In this document: in pieces, positions 1-8,174 of the stretch | How the letters are laid out: every line of letters begins with the position of its first letter | How positions within the stretch are numbered: the first letter of the stretch is position 1 | Assembly: GCA_017419165.1 (NCBI GenBank) | Contig: JAFOLW010000062.1 | Span: 40,922 to 104,921, forward strand | Source of the DNA: Erysipelotrichaceae bacterium | GTDB lineage: Bacteria; Bacillota_I; Bacilli_A; Erysipelotrichales; Erysipelotrichaceae | DNA: 64,000 nucleotides | Reading direction: 5' to 3' | Notes under the pieces: model-generated | Told to the model about the DNA's origin: nothing | Database searches by the model: none | Seen by the model: only the letters and a program-made list of their open reading frames with translations | Program-made: the position numbers and the translations under genes

Positions 1-664
1 AGACGTCGTCATGACCTTGAAGAAGAACCGGATGCAGGAATTCTTCTTCCCGGATGTGCAGTTAAGAGGCGAGTATCCGGTCTATGCCTTGAAATATTTT
101 GAAGAAAAAGGCATCCGTCTTGAGATCAGCGAAGAAGACGAAAAACTGCTGAAAGAAAATACGATGGACTACCTGGCCATCTCCTACTATGCGACCAAGA
201 CGGTCGACCACACCAAAGACGACATGACGCCGTTCGCCGGTCAGCAGAACCCGTATCTGGAACCGACGCCGTGGGAGTGGCGTGCCGATCCGCTGGGTCT
301 CTACAACTGTCTTTCCCAGCTGTGGGACAGATATGAAGTGCCGCTGATGATCGCCGAGAACGGCTTCGGCGCTTACGACAAAGTCGAAGACGACGGTTCG
401 ATCCACGACAGCTACCGCATCGATTATCTGAGAAAGCACATCGAACAGGTGAGAAACGCCATCGAAGACGGCGCGGAAGTCTTCTCTTATCTGTCCTGGG
501 GACCGATCGACATCGTCTCCTCTTCTTCGGCAGAGATGGCAAAGCGTTACGGCTACATCTATGTCGATCTCGACAACTACGGAAAGGGTACCGGCAAGCG
601 TTCCAAAAAGGACTCGTTCGACTGGTATAAGAAAGTGATCGCCTCCAACGGCGAAGAGCTGTGA
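1..664 (+). CDS. GH1 6-phospho-beta-glucosidase/beta-glucosidase, C-terminal fragment (5' end outside window)
   Basis: Frame is open from the window edge. GH1 nucleophile motif LMIAENGFGAYD plus the SWGPIDIVS and YGYIYVD C-terminal pattern. Confidence 0.85.
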   Translation, partial: DVVMTLKKNRMQEFFFPDVQLRGEYPVYALKYFEEKGIRLEISEEDEKLLKENTMDYLAISYYATKTVDHTKDDMTPFAGQQNPYLEPTPWEWRADPLGLYNCLSQLWDRYEVPLMIAENGFGAYDKVEDDGSIHDSYRIDYLRKHIEQVRNAIEDGAEVFSYLSWGPIDIVSSSSAEMAKRYGYIYVDLDNYGKGTGKRSKKDSFDWYKKVIASNGEEL

Positions 665-670
665 TCTTAC

Positions 671-690
671 AAGGAGCCGCAAGGCTCCTT
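671..690 (+). terminator. Possible weak intrinsic terminator after the GH1 gene
   Basis: 8-bp stem aaggagcc/ggctcctt with a GCAA loop. The downstream tract is A/T-rich but not a clean T-run. Confidence 0.35.
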
Positions 691-726
691 ATGATATATT
701 TATGAAAGAAAGAGAAGGTGAAAGTT

Positions 727-1149
727 ATGGCAGAGCAGGTCAAAGGAAACTATAAAGATACCGACACATACAAAAACGCCGATTCAAAAACGAGGGCGGC
801 GATCGAACGTTACAGAAAAGACAACAAGATCGCCAACGAGCAGCTTTATCTGCTTCTGCTGAGGCAGGATCTCCGGGATCTGCCGAAAGAAGAAAAACAA
901 AAAGGCAACCGTCTGGCGGAAGTCATCGTCATCGCCGGCATCATCACCTTCCTGGTGATGACGGCAGCCGACCGCAAAGACCTTCTGCCGTTTGCCGCAT
1001 CCTACATGATCGTTGTGACTATCATCTATTTCTCCGGCATCCTGAATCCCATATCCCGTCAGCTTTCCAATGTCAACAAGCTCTTAAAGAAGTTCCCGCA
1101 AGTCCCCGACATCCGCAGCGTCTTACACGAAAAGAAGGAGGAAGAATGA
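727..1149 (+). CDS. Hypothetical two-TM membrane protein
   Basis: ATG 727 lies 7 nt after a GAAGGTGA SD (the track's GTG 718 sits inside that SD). Two hydrophobic helices (VIVIAGIITFLVM, ASYMIVVTIIYFSGIL). Stop overlaps the next start (ATGA). Confidence 0.6.
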   Translation: MAEQVKGNYKDTDTYKNADSKTRAAIERYRKDNKIANEQLYLLLLRQDLRDLPKEEKQKGNRLAEVIVIAGIITFLVMTAADRKDLLPFAASYMIVVTIIYFSGILNPISRQLSNVNKLLKKFPQVPDIRSVLHEKKEEE

Positions 1150-1472
1150 TCTTCCACGTATGTAAGAAAGAGGTCTGGGAGGAAGAAAAAGAAAGCGGAA
1201 GTTTCGGTAAGCAGGAGCTTGCGTCTTACGGCCTCATCCACTCTTCCGAAAAAGAAGGATTACGGAAGATCCTTTCCCGCTTCAGCGATATTGAGGCCTA
1301 TGTCGTCTTGTATATCGATGAAGATCCGATCCAAAACAAGATCTTCTATGAAGAAAAAGACAAAGAAAAACTCTATCCGCATTTTCACGAGCCGATCGAT
1401 ATCGGCCTGGTCGTAAAGACCGAGCCGTTGAAAACATTCATTGAGGCCAACTTCAAGGAGGCAAGCCGATGA
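1146..1472 (+). CDS. DUF952-like small protein
   Basis: AAGGAGG SD. N-terminus MIFHVCKKEVWEE...YGLIHSS resembles the DUF952 pattern. Translationally coupled on both sides. Confidence 0.55.
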   Translation: MIFHVCKKEVWEEEKESGSFGKQELASYGLIHSSEKEGLRKILSRFSDIEAYVVLYIDEDPIQNKIFYEEKDKEKLYPHFHEPIDIGLVVKTEPLKTFIEANFKEASR

Positions 1473-2302
1473 TCATACTGACCGACGTCGACGGAACGAT
1501 CTACGACTACGAAGGGCGGCTTCCGCAAAGTGCGGTCACGGCGATCCGCAGACTTCGGGCCAACGGCCACAAAGTCTACATGGTGACCGGGCGTTCCAGG
1601 GCGGAAAACAAACAGGAACTCTGGGACATCGGCTTTGACGGCATGATCGGCGGCAACGGTTCCTACGTGGAAGCGGACGGCGAGGTCCTGATGCATCAAA
1701 GGATCACTTACGAACAATGTAAGCGCATCGTCGACTGGCTGAAAGAGAGGGATCTGGATTTCTTTGAAGAATCCAACAGCGGTCTCTTCGCCTCGGAAAA
1801 CTTCGTTAAGAACGCAAAAGAGCCGATCCGCAGATATATGGCAGGCAAAGGAATGAGCGGGGACGTGTTGAAAGACATCGACGTGAAAGACGTCATCAAC
1901 GGTCTGGTCGAAGGGGCTGAGCTCTACCGCGATGACCTCAACAAAGTCTCCTTCATCCTGCACTCCTACAAAGACTATCTCGATTCCGTTGAAGAATTCC
2001 CGGATCTGAAAGCCGGGACCTGGGGCGGCGTCGGTGATCTGGCGCTGTTCGGCGACCTGGGAGTCAGGGACATCGACAAGGGAAAAGCCATCGAAGTCCT
2101 GCTGAAGCACATCGGTGCGGATGTTGAAGAGACGGTCGGCATCGGCGATTCGAAGACCGACATCCCGATGTTACAGTACTGCAAGATCGGCATCGCTCTG
2201 GGTTCGGCAAGCGACGAGACCAAACAGGCAGCCGACTACATCACGGACGACGTGGACAAAGACGGCTTCTATAAAGTGATGAAACATTTCGGTCTGATAT
2301 GA
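1469..2302 (+). CDS. HAD-IIB (Cof-type) phosphatase
   Basis: HAD motif I LTDVDGT, motif II VTGR, and motif IV GDSKTDIPM near the C-terminus. AAGGAGG SD. Confidence 0.8.
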   Translation: MIILTDVDGTIYDYEGRLPQSAVTAIRRLRANGHKVYMVTGRSRAENKQELWDIGFDGMIGGNGSYVEADGEVLMHQRITYEQCKRIVDWLKERDLDFFEESNSGLFASENFVKNAKEPIRRYMAGKGMSGDVLKDIDVKDVINGLVEGAELYRDDLNKVSFILHSYKDYLDSVEEFPDLKAGTWGGVGDLALFGDLGVRDIDKGKAIEVLLKHIGADVEETVGIGDSKTDIPMLQYCKIGIALGSASDETKQAADYITDDVDKDGFYKVMKHFGLI

Positions 2303-2307
2303 AAAAA

Positions 2308-2342
2308 CGTCTCCCGATCCGCTGCGGAAAGGGAGATTTTTT
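2308..2342 (+). terminator. Intrinsic terminator of the membrane protein/DUF952/HAD operon
   Basis: Stem tctccc(2310-2315)/gggaga(2331-2336) with inner ccgc/gcgg pairing, followed by TTTTTT. Confidence 0.7.
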
Positions 2343-2359
2343 ATGATCCCGATCATTTA

Positions 2360-2390
2360 GTTAGCAATTGCTAACCATATGGTATATAAT
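2360..2390 (+). promoter_or_regulatory. Predicted sigma-A-type promoter overlapped by a perfect 16-bp palindrome (candidate operator)
   Basis: TTAGCA (2361-2366) and TATAAT (2385-2390), 18-nt spacer, with TGG immediately before TATATA at 2383-2388. GTTAGCAATTGCTAAC (2360-2375) is a perfect palindrome covering the -35. Confidence 0.45.
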
Positions 2391-2396
2391 GAAGAC

Positions 2397-2506
2397 GGCC
2401 GAAGAAAAAAAGCGGCCGTTTACTCTCCCTCTGTGTGTTTCCTGTCGGAAAAACAGAAACGCCCGTACGGTCTGTCTCCCATAATTGCCGTGCGGGTTTT
2501 GTTTTG
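2397..2506 (+). ncRNA. Candidate ~110-nt small RNA or extra attenuator upstream of the lysS T-box
   Basis: 5' hairpin acggccg(2395-2401)/cggccgt(2413-2419). 10-bp terminator stem gcccgtacgg(2461-2470)/ccgtgcgggt(2488-2497) followed by TTTGTTTTG. Two unpaired UCUCCC motifs (2424-2429, and 2475-2480 in the terminator loop). Confidence 0.3.
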
Positions 2507-2551
2507 TGCGAAAAACCTTTTGTTTATCGGCCTTTTCGTGTAAAATATCCT

Positions 2552-2752
2552 TGTCGCAATGAAGAGACGAGTACGTTAAGATCAGGTCTTTCAGAGAGTT
2601 TCGGAGGGTGGAAGCGAAACAGATACTCTTAACGGAATAAAAACTCGGAGCGAAGCGTCCGCCGCGTTAAGGCACAATGAAGGGCATGTCTTTGACATGA
2701 ACTAAGGTGGTACCGCGTTAACAACGTCCTTAGAGATAGGGGCGTTTTATTT
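2552..2752 (+). promoter_or_regulatory. T-box riboswitch leader with Lys (AAA) specifier, controlling lysS
   Basis: GA/K-turn region gcaaTGAagagacgAGTA, AG bay cAGAGAG (2592-2598) and distal GGTGGAA. Specifier loop GAAU-AAA-A (AAA about 2640-2642). T-box sequence AACTAAGGTGGTACCGCG (2700-2717). Terminator aacgtcc/gggcgtt followed by TTTATTTT (2723-2752). Confidence 0.8.
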
Positions 2753-2774
2753 TATCGCCCGGAAAGGAAAGAAA

Positions 2775-4697
2775 ATGGAAAGAGAATTAAACGATCAGGA
2801 AAAAGTCAGACGGCAGAAGATGGAAGACCTGCGTGCCAAGGGGATCGACCCGTTCGGCCACGCATATGAAAGGAATGCCAACTCCAAGTCGATCAGAAAC
2901 GACTACGACGCTTTGAACAAAGAAGAGCTGGAAGAAAGGAACATCGAGGTCTCGATCGCCGGCCGTATCATGTCCAAGAGAAGGATGGGCAAGATGTGTT
3001 TCATGCATATCCTGGACAAGGACGGTCAGATCCAGCTGGTCATCAACAAGGCGGATGTCGGCGAAGAAGTCTATGAACTCGTCAAGGCCGGCGATATCGG
3101 TGACATCATCGGTGTCAGAGGCATCGTCTACCGCACCAACCCCAACGACAACAACCCGAAGGGCGAACTTTCGGTCTATGTGAAGGAATACACCCACTTA
3201 TCCAAGGCGTTAAGGCCTTTGCCGGAGAAGTTCCACGGTCTGACCGATGTCGAAGAACGTTACAGAAGAAGATATGTCGACTTGATCATGAACGATGAAG
3301 CCAGAAGGATCGCCTTCTTAAGACCGCGCATCATCCGCGCCATCCAGCAGAACTTCGATGCGCAGGGCCTGGTGGAAGTGGAAACACCGGTACTCAACCC
3401 GATCCTGGGCGGTGCCAGTGCCAGACCGTTCATCACGCATCACAATGCGCTGAATAAGGAATTCTATCTGCGTATCGCGACTGAGCTCTACCTGAAGAGA
3501 CTGATCGTCGGCGGCATGGAAGGCGTCTACGAGATCGGCAGGCTGTTCAGAAACGAAGGCATGGACCTCAAGCACAATCCGGAATTCACCACGGTCGAAG
3601 CCTATGTTGCCTATTCCGATCTGGAAGGCATGATGAAGCTTTGCGAAGACCTCTTCGAAGAAGTTTCCATGAAGGTCCTGGGCACGACGGAACTGCAGAC
3701 CGGTGACCACACGGTCTCTCTGAAGGCGCCGTTCAAGCGCGTCAATATGACCGATGCGGTCAACGAGAAGACCGGCAAGGATTTCCGCAACATCACGCTG
3801 GAAGAAGCCGAAGAAGTCTGTAAGGAATATCACATCGAACTGCAGAAGCATGAACATGATCTGGGTCACATCATCAACGATCTGTTCGAGACGCTTTGCG
3901 AAGAAGACATGACCGGTCCGGTCTTCGTCTACGGCCATCCGCTGGAGATCTCGCCGCTGGCCAAGAAGGACCCGGCCGATCCGCGCTTCACGCTGCGTTT
4001 TGAACTTTACATCAACGGCACCGAATACGCCAACGCCTTCACCGAGCTCAACGATCCGATCGATCAGTACGAACGCTTCGAGAACCAGCTCAAGGCCAAG
4101 GAACTGGGCGATGACGAGGCCAGTGATATGGATATGGACTATGTCGAAGCTCTGGAATACGGCATGCCTCCGACCGGCGGCATCGGCATCGGTATCGACA
4201 GGTTCGTGATGCTGCTGGCGGGGACGGATTCGATCAGAGAAGTCCTGCTGTTCCCGACGATGAAGCCAAGAGAAGGCGAAAAGAACACGGTTAGAAAGAC
4301 CGAAAACACCAACGAGGTCATCGACTTCTCCAAGGTCGAGATCGAGCCGCTGTTTGAAGACTATGTCGATTTCGACACCTTCTCCAAATCGGATTTCAGA
4401 GCCGTAAAAGTATTAAGCTGCGAAGCGGTAAACAAATCAAAGAAACTTCTCAAGTTTACGCTCAATGACGGCACGGGCAAAGAAAGGATCATCCTCTCCG
4501 GTATCCATGAATACTATGAACCGGAAGAGCTGGTTGGCAAGACCTGCATCGCCATCGTCAACCTTCCGCCGAGGAACATGATGGGCATCGATTCCTGCGG
4601 CATGTTGTTAAGCGCGAAGCACACGGAAGAGGGACAGGAAAAGCTCCACCTCCTGATGGTCGACGATCACATCCCGGCAGGTGCGAAGCTGTATTAA
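2775..4697 (+). CDS. lysS: Lysine--tRNA ligase (class II) with an appended C-terminal Trbp111/MetRS-C-like tRNA-binding domain
   Basis: Class II LysRS core (RRRYVDLI, FRNEG, GGIGIGIDR). ~135 extra residues with the tRNA_bind pattern FRAVKVLSCEAV..KLLKFTLNDGTG..RIILSGI..YEPEELVGK..VNLPPRNMMGIDSCGMLLSA. Confidence 0.95.
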   Translation: MERELNDQEKVRRQKMEDLRAKGIDPFGHAYERNANSKSIRNDYDALNKEELEERNIEVSIAGRIMSKRRMGKMCFMHILDKDGQIQLVINKADVGEEVYELVKAGDIGDIIGVRGIVYRTNPNDNNPKGELSVYVKEYTHLSKALRPLPEKFHGLTDVEERYRRRYVDLIMNDEARRIAFLRPRIIRAIQQNFDAQGLVEVETPVLNPILGGASARPFITHHNALNKEFYLRIATELYLKRLIVGGMEGVYEIGRLFRNEGMDLKHNPEFTTVEAYVAYSDLEGMMKLCEDLFEEVSMKVLGTTELQTGDHTVSLKAPFKRVNMTDAVNEKTGKDFRNITLEEAEEVCKEYHIELQKHEHDLGHIINDLFETLCEEDMTGPVFVYGHPLEISPLAKKDPADPRFTLRFELYINGTEYANAFTELNDPIDQYERFENQLKAKELGDDEASDMDMDYVEALEYGMPPTGGIGIGIDRFVMLLAGTDSIREVLLFPTMKPREGEKNTVRKTENTNEVIDFSKVEIEPLFEDYVDFDTFSKSDFRAVKVLSCEAVNKSKKLLKFTLNDGTGKERIILSGIHEYYEPEELVGKTCIAIVNLPPRNMMGIDSCGMLLSAKHTEEGQEKLHLLMVDDHIPAGAKLY

Positions 4698-4739
4698 AAG
4701 AAGGACCGAAAAAGTTCAGAAACAACGAAAACAGACACG

Positions 4740-4765
4740 AAGCATGGTTGAGGCCGTGCTTTTTG
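4740..4765 (+). terminator. lysS intrinsic terminator
   Basis: Stem aagcatgg/ccgtgctt (one G-U pair), 6-nt loop, then TTTG. Confidence 0.55.
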
Positions 4766-4893
4766 TATCCTCCTCTTATACCGGAAAAACAACGGCAGAC
4801 GGCTTTGAAAGATCTAAAACAATGAAACGATCGATTTCCTTTTTTATTAAAAATCGATTATAATTAAAAAAATGTAAGGGAGGAGAAACAAAA

Positions 4894-5091
4894 ATGGTAA
4901 TTAAATGGACCAACAAATATAGCGGTGAAACAGGCTATGTAGCATCTATCTCTCGCAAAGAAAGACATTTCGTTAATACATACAATCGTGATGAAGCAAA
5001 AGAGTATTCATCAAAAACGATCGCTAAAATGATCAACGATCTGATTTCTTTCGGCGAAGGCGAAGATAACGAATTCGAAGCTGTCGAGTAA
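4894..5091 (+). CDS. Small (65 aa) hypothetical cytoplasmic protein
   Basis: Strong SD GGGAGGAG 8 nt upstream and its own terminator downstream. Codon usage (gta, aca, gca, tct, aaa) differs from its neighbours and resembles efp. Confidence 0.6.
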   Translation: MVIKWTNKYSGETGYVASISRKERHFVNTYNRDEAKEYSSKTIAKMINDLISFGEGEDNEFEAVE

Positions 5092-5120
5092 GTAAAAGAC
5101 AGGCTTCAAAAATTGCTTGA

Positions 5121-5154
5121 AAACGGAGGCATATCTGCTTCCGTTTTTGTTTTG
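5121..5154 (+). terminator. Intrinsic terminator
   Basis: 9-bp stem aaacggagg/cttccgttt followed by a TTTTTGTTTTG tract. Confidence 0.7.
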
Positions 5155-5315
5155 AAAACCGCACATTGATGAAAAAACAAGCATACGAAAACATTACGAT
5201 CATGCGAAAGGCGTTGACAGCGGAACTTTTGTGTCCGTTTTTCCTGTTTTATAGGACAGGTCATGATTTCGTCTTTTGAAACAGCGCCTTTTTCTATAGA
5301 ATAAAAGTGATGAAC

Positions 5316-7850
5316 ATGAAAAAGATCATGATCTGCTTACTTATAATGTTTGCCTCTCTGGCTTTGGTCACACCGGTCAGAGCAGAAGAGGGGAATGAAG
5401 AGACTGTCGAGCTGACCGATACTTTTTATGTGATCACGACGCAGGAAGACCGTACTTTGCGCGTTCCGTTCGATCGCTCCTGGTTCAAAAACGACGCCAG
5501 AGTCTATGATCACAATCTGGCCAAACTGTCTCTGGGTCTTGCGACTTCCGCGTTCCGTCCGAACAAGAAGATCGTCAGGGAGAATCAGCAGGCGGATTAT
5601 TATGCCCGCTTCTTTCTGGACCAGGCGGGATTTACCGATCTGCGCAGTGACGATTACGATAAAGATCCCAGCATGTATACGGTATCCACGGTCATGGGAC
5701 ACCAGATAGTCGGGGAAGGAGACGACGCCTTTGAACTGATCGCTCTGGGGATCTGCGGACAGGGATATATGGACGAGTGGGAATCCAATCTTTCCATCGG
5801 TACCGGCAAGAATCCCGACGGATTTTCCGCTGCCGCGCATCTGGTTTATGACCGGGTATTCGGTTATATCTCGGAGAACCATATAAAAGGCAAAATGAAG
5901 ATCTGGCTCTCCGGCTTCTCGAGAGCTGCGGCGGTCTCCAACATCACCGCGTCTCTTCTGTCGGATTCCGATACCTTCTCCCAGGAGACGGTGTTTGCCT
6001 ATACGTTCGCGACGCCGATGACGGTCCGGGATACGCAGCCGAAACTCTACGAAAACATCTTCAATATCTGCGGGAAGATGGATCCGGTCCCGAACGTTCC
6101 GTTTGCCGACTGGGAATATTCCCGTTACGGCATCACCTACTTCACGCCGACGATGGAGACCGATTCCGACTTCTGGGAAAAACGGAAGAAGGCGGACAAG
6201 GTCTATGAAGAACTCACCGGCATCGCCTATTGGGCGAATCCGGATATGAACAGCCAGCTGAGAGTCTTGATGGACTGCATGCTGAACGTCTGCCCGGATG
6301 TGGAGACCTATCATGAGAATCTGCAGGAGAATCTCATCTCTCTGTGGGAAAAGCACGATGCCGTCAGTCTCATAAGGCGCCTTTTCGATCTGGCGGACAA
6401 CCCGGTCCTGGTCAACGAAGAAAACCGCGTGGAAGCGAACCTGCTGATGAATCAGATCGCATATCTGATTCTGGATTATGTGAACTCGGGGAACTCCTTC
6501 CGCCGTTACAATCAGAACGCATCCGTAGGTTCCAATCTCCTGCAGACGCATACGCCGGAGCTGTATGTGTCGTGGGTCTTTTCCGTTGACGATCCGAAGG
6601 AACTGTACAGTGATTCTTCCGAGTATCGGATGTTGTTCGTGTCCGGAGATACGGTGACCACGCTCTACAGGAACGAAGAAGCTCTGGAAACGATGGAATA
6701 CGGTGATACCGAAGCCGGATCTTATCATTACTTCGGCTTGCGCGATTTCAAGACTTACGTACTGATCCCCATGGATCAGGATCACAGCGTATCCATTCGT
6801 TCCCTGAAGGATCAGCAGGTGGAGGTCCTGGAGGCGGGATTCCAGACGGGAAGGCATTCACCGGAAGGAACCAGGACATATACCGCCGAGATGCACGCCG
6901 GTGATGTGATGAAGATCGACTTCACATCTTCGGGCGGCTCTTTGGTCCCTGACGGTTCTTTCGAGGTCTCCGTGAAAAACGAGACCGAAAAGACGGCGGC
7001 CAGCTTCGAACTGCTCGCCCGTGCCTACGAGAGCCCCTACGGTCTGTCCTGGCGGGATCTGACGCTTTTCATTCTGATGACGGGCGTCCTGGCGGTGACT
7101 TCCGTGCTGTTTGTCATCACGCTGCTGTCGATGTGGCTGCGTCACCGTTATAAACGCGACCGCGGATTTATCTCAAAGGATATCCGTTTCCGCCCGCTTC
7201 CGATCATCTGTTTCTTCCTGATCCAGCAGGTCTTCCTGTTTAAAGAGTCCTTTACCGCACTGTTCGACTCGTATCCGGGAACGATCACGCTGTGCAAGGT
7301 CGTCATCGGTCTTTTGATCCTGATCATCGCGTTCTACGGATACCGGAGGAAAAAAGACCGTTTCCATCTGCTGATCATTTTTGCGGTCCTTCTTCTGACC
7401 GGAGCGGATCTTGTCATGACCGTTTCGATCGCGGCAGGAGCTGCGCTGTATATCGCTGCGTATGTCTTGCTTTGTTATGACTTCATCGACGAAGATAAGC
7501 CGGGCTTGTTCCGCATCCTGATCTGGATCGCGCTTTCCGCGGCAGGCACGTATTTCATCATGAGACAGAAGGGAGACTTCGGACTCCTGCGTTATCTTGC
7601 GGTCTTGTATGTGATCGCCGGAGCAGCCCTTGTGGTGAGCGCGTTCATCCATTCCTCGCGGACTTCGCTCGGTTCGATCCTGTTGGTCACGGCGGGCATC
7701 CTGATCGTCGTGAACACCGCCCGGGGGAACAGCTTCCTGCTGCACGTCATCTCTTCCGGCTTGCACTACATGGCCGTATGCATGATGGCCAGCACGGGCA
7801 GCGGATACATGATGCCGCGGGTCCTGCAGGAAGAAGCTGCGGAACAATGA
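5316..7850 (+). CDS. Secreted class-3-lipase-like alpha/beta hydrolase fused to a C-terminal polytopic YhhN-like membrane domain (paralog A)
   Basis: Signal peptide MKKIMICLLIMFASLALVTPVRA. Candidate triad: GFSRA (Ser 5919-5921), DPVPNVP (Asp 6081-6083) and HTPELY (His 6549-6551). About 8 TM helices from ~7060. The start could also be GTG 5307 or ATG 5310. Confidence 0.8.
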   Translation: MKKIMICLLIMFASLALVTPVRAEEGNEETVELTDTFYVITTQEDRTLRVPFDRSWFKNDARVYDHNLAKLSLGLATSAFRPNKKIVRENQQADYYARFFLDQAGFTDLRSDDYDKDPSMYTVSTVMGHQIVGEGDDAFELIALGICGQGYMDEWESNLSIGTGKNPDGFSAAAHLVYDRVFGYISENHIKGKMKIWLSGFSRAAAVSNITASLLSDSDTFSQETVFAYTFATPMTVRDTQPKLYENIFNICGKMDPVPNVPFADWEYSRYGITYFTPTMETDSDFWEKRKKADKVYEELTGIAYWANPDMNSQLRVLMDCMLNVCPDVETYHENLQENLISLWEKHDAVSLIRRLFDLADNPVLVNEENRVEANLLMNQIAYLILDYVNSGNSFRRYNQNASVGSNLLQTHTPELYVSWVFSVDDPKELYSDSSEYRMLFVSGDTVTTLYRNEEALETMEYGDTEAGSYHYFGLRDFKTYVLIPMDQDHSVSIRSLKDQQVEVLEAGFQTGRHSPEGTRTYTAEMHAGDVMKIDFTSSGGSLVPDGSFEVSVKNETEKTAASFELLARAYESPYGLSWRDLTLFILMTGVLAVTSVLFVITLLSMWLRHRYKRDRGFISKDIRFRPLPIICFFLIQQVFLFKESFTALFDSYPGTITLCKVVIGLLILIIAFYGYRRKKDRFHLLIIFAVLLLTGADLVMTVSIAAGAALYIAAYVLLCYDFIDEDKPGLFRILIWIALSAAGTYFIMRQKGDFGLLRYLAVLYVIAGAALVVSAFIHSSRTSLGSILLVTAGILIVVNTARGNSFLLHVISSGLHYMAVCMMASTGSGYMMPRVLQEEAAEQ

Positions 7851-7957
7851 TCCATCCGCCGCGAACATCGTCAGCTGAATCTCAAAGTCCTCTTCCCGAT
7901 GTGTTAATGCAGAATGCTGCATCGAAAGAAGGAAAGAGGATATATCCGAAACAACAA

Positions 7958-7983
7958 GAAAGACGGCAATGCCGTCTTTTTGT
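7958..7983. terminator. Intrinsic terminator (hairpin usable on both strands)
   Basis: Stem aagacgg(7961-7967)/ccgtctt(7973-7979), followed by TTTTT. Confidence 0.65.
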
Positions 7984-8174
7984 ATCCGGATCGCGGACCC
8001 GTTCCTCAGAGCGATCCGGTTGATATCGTGTGTTTTTTCCATCAGGATCTCCTCCTGTCTTCATTATCAAAGATGATAGAAACAAAGACGATTTGAAAAG
8101 AGACAGGTTTTTCATAGGGAAGAAAGACAGCGGCGGCACAGACTTGTTAAAATGGTATACAGGGAGACGGGAAT

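Noticed and set aside
2435-2632. 65-aa ORF in the lysS upstream region
   Set aside because: It spans the candidate sRNA terminator and T-box stem I, and it has no SD.
4681-4863. 60-aa ORF overlapping the lysS 3' end and its terminator
   Set aside because: No SD, and it crosses a terminator hairpin.
5337-6857. 506-aa minus-strand ORF antisense to the lipase-like gene
   Set aside because: No SD, R/D/H/G/Q-rich low-complexity composition, fully inside a gene with clear motifs. This is a shadow ORF caused by codon bias.
7173-8042. Minus-strand ATG at 8042 with an excellent SD (AGGAGG, 7-nt spacing) opening a 289-aa ORF
   Set aside because: The frame runs straight through the terminator hairpin (7961-7979) and then antisense through the end of the lipase-like gene, with junk composition. 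It is possibly a relic start or a chance SD. It could be worth a look in Ribo-seq data, but a gene is not supportable.
8153-8161. TGGTATACA extended -10-like motif upstream of the lipoprotein gene
   Set aside because: It would place the TSS inside or after the SD of the gene, which is inconsistent. It was not called as a promoter.
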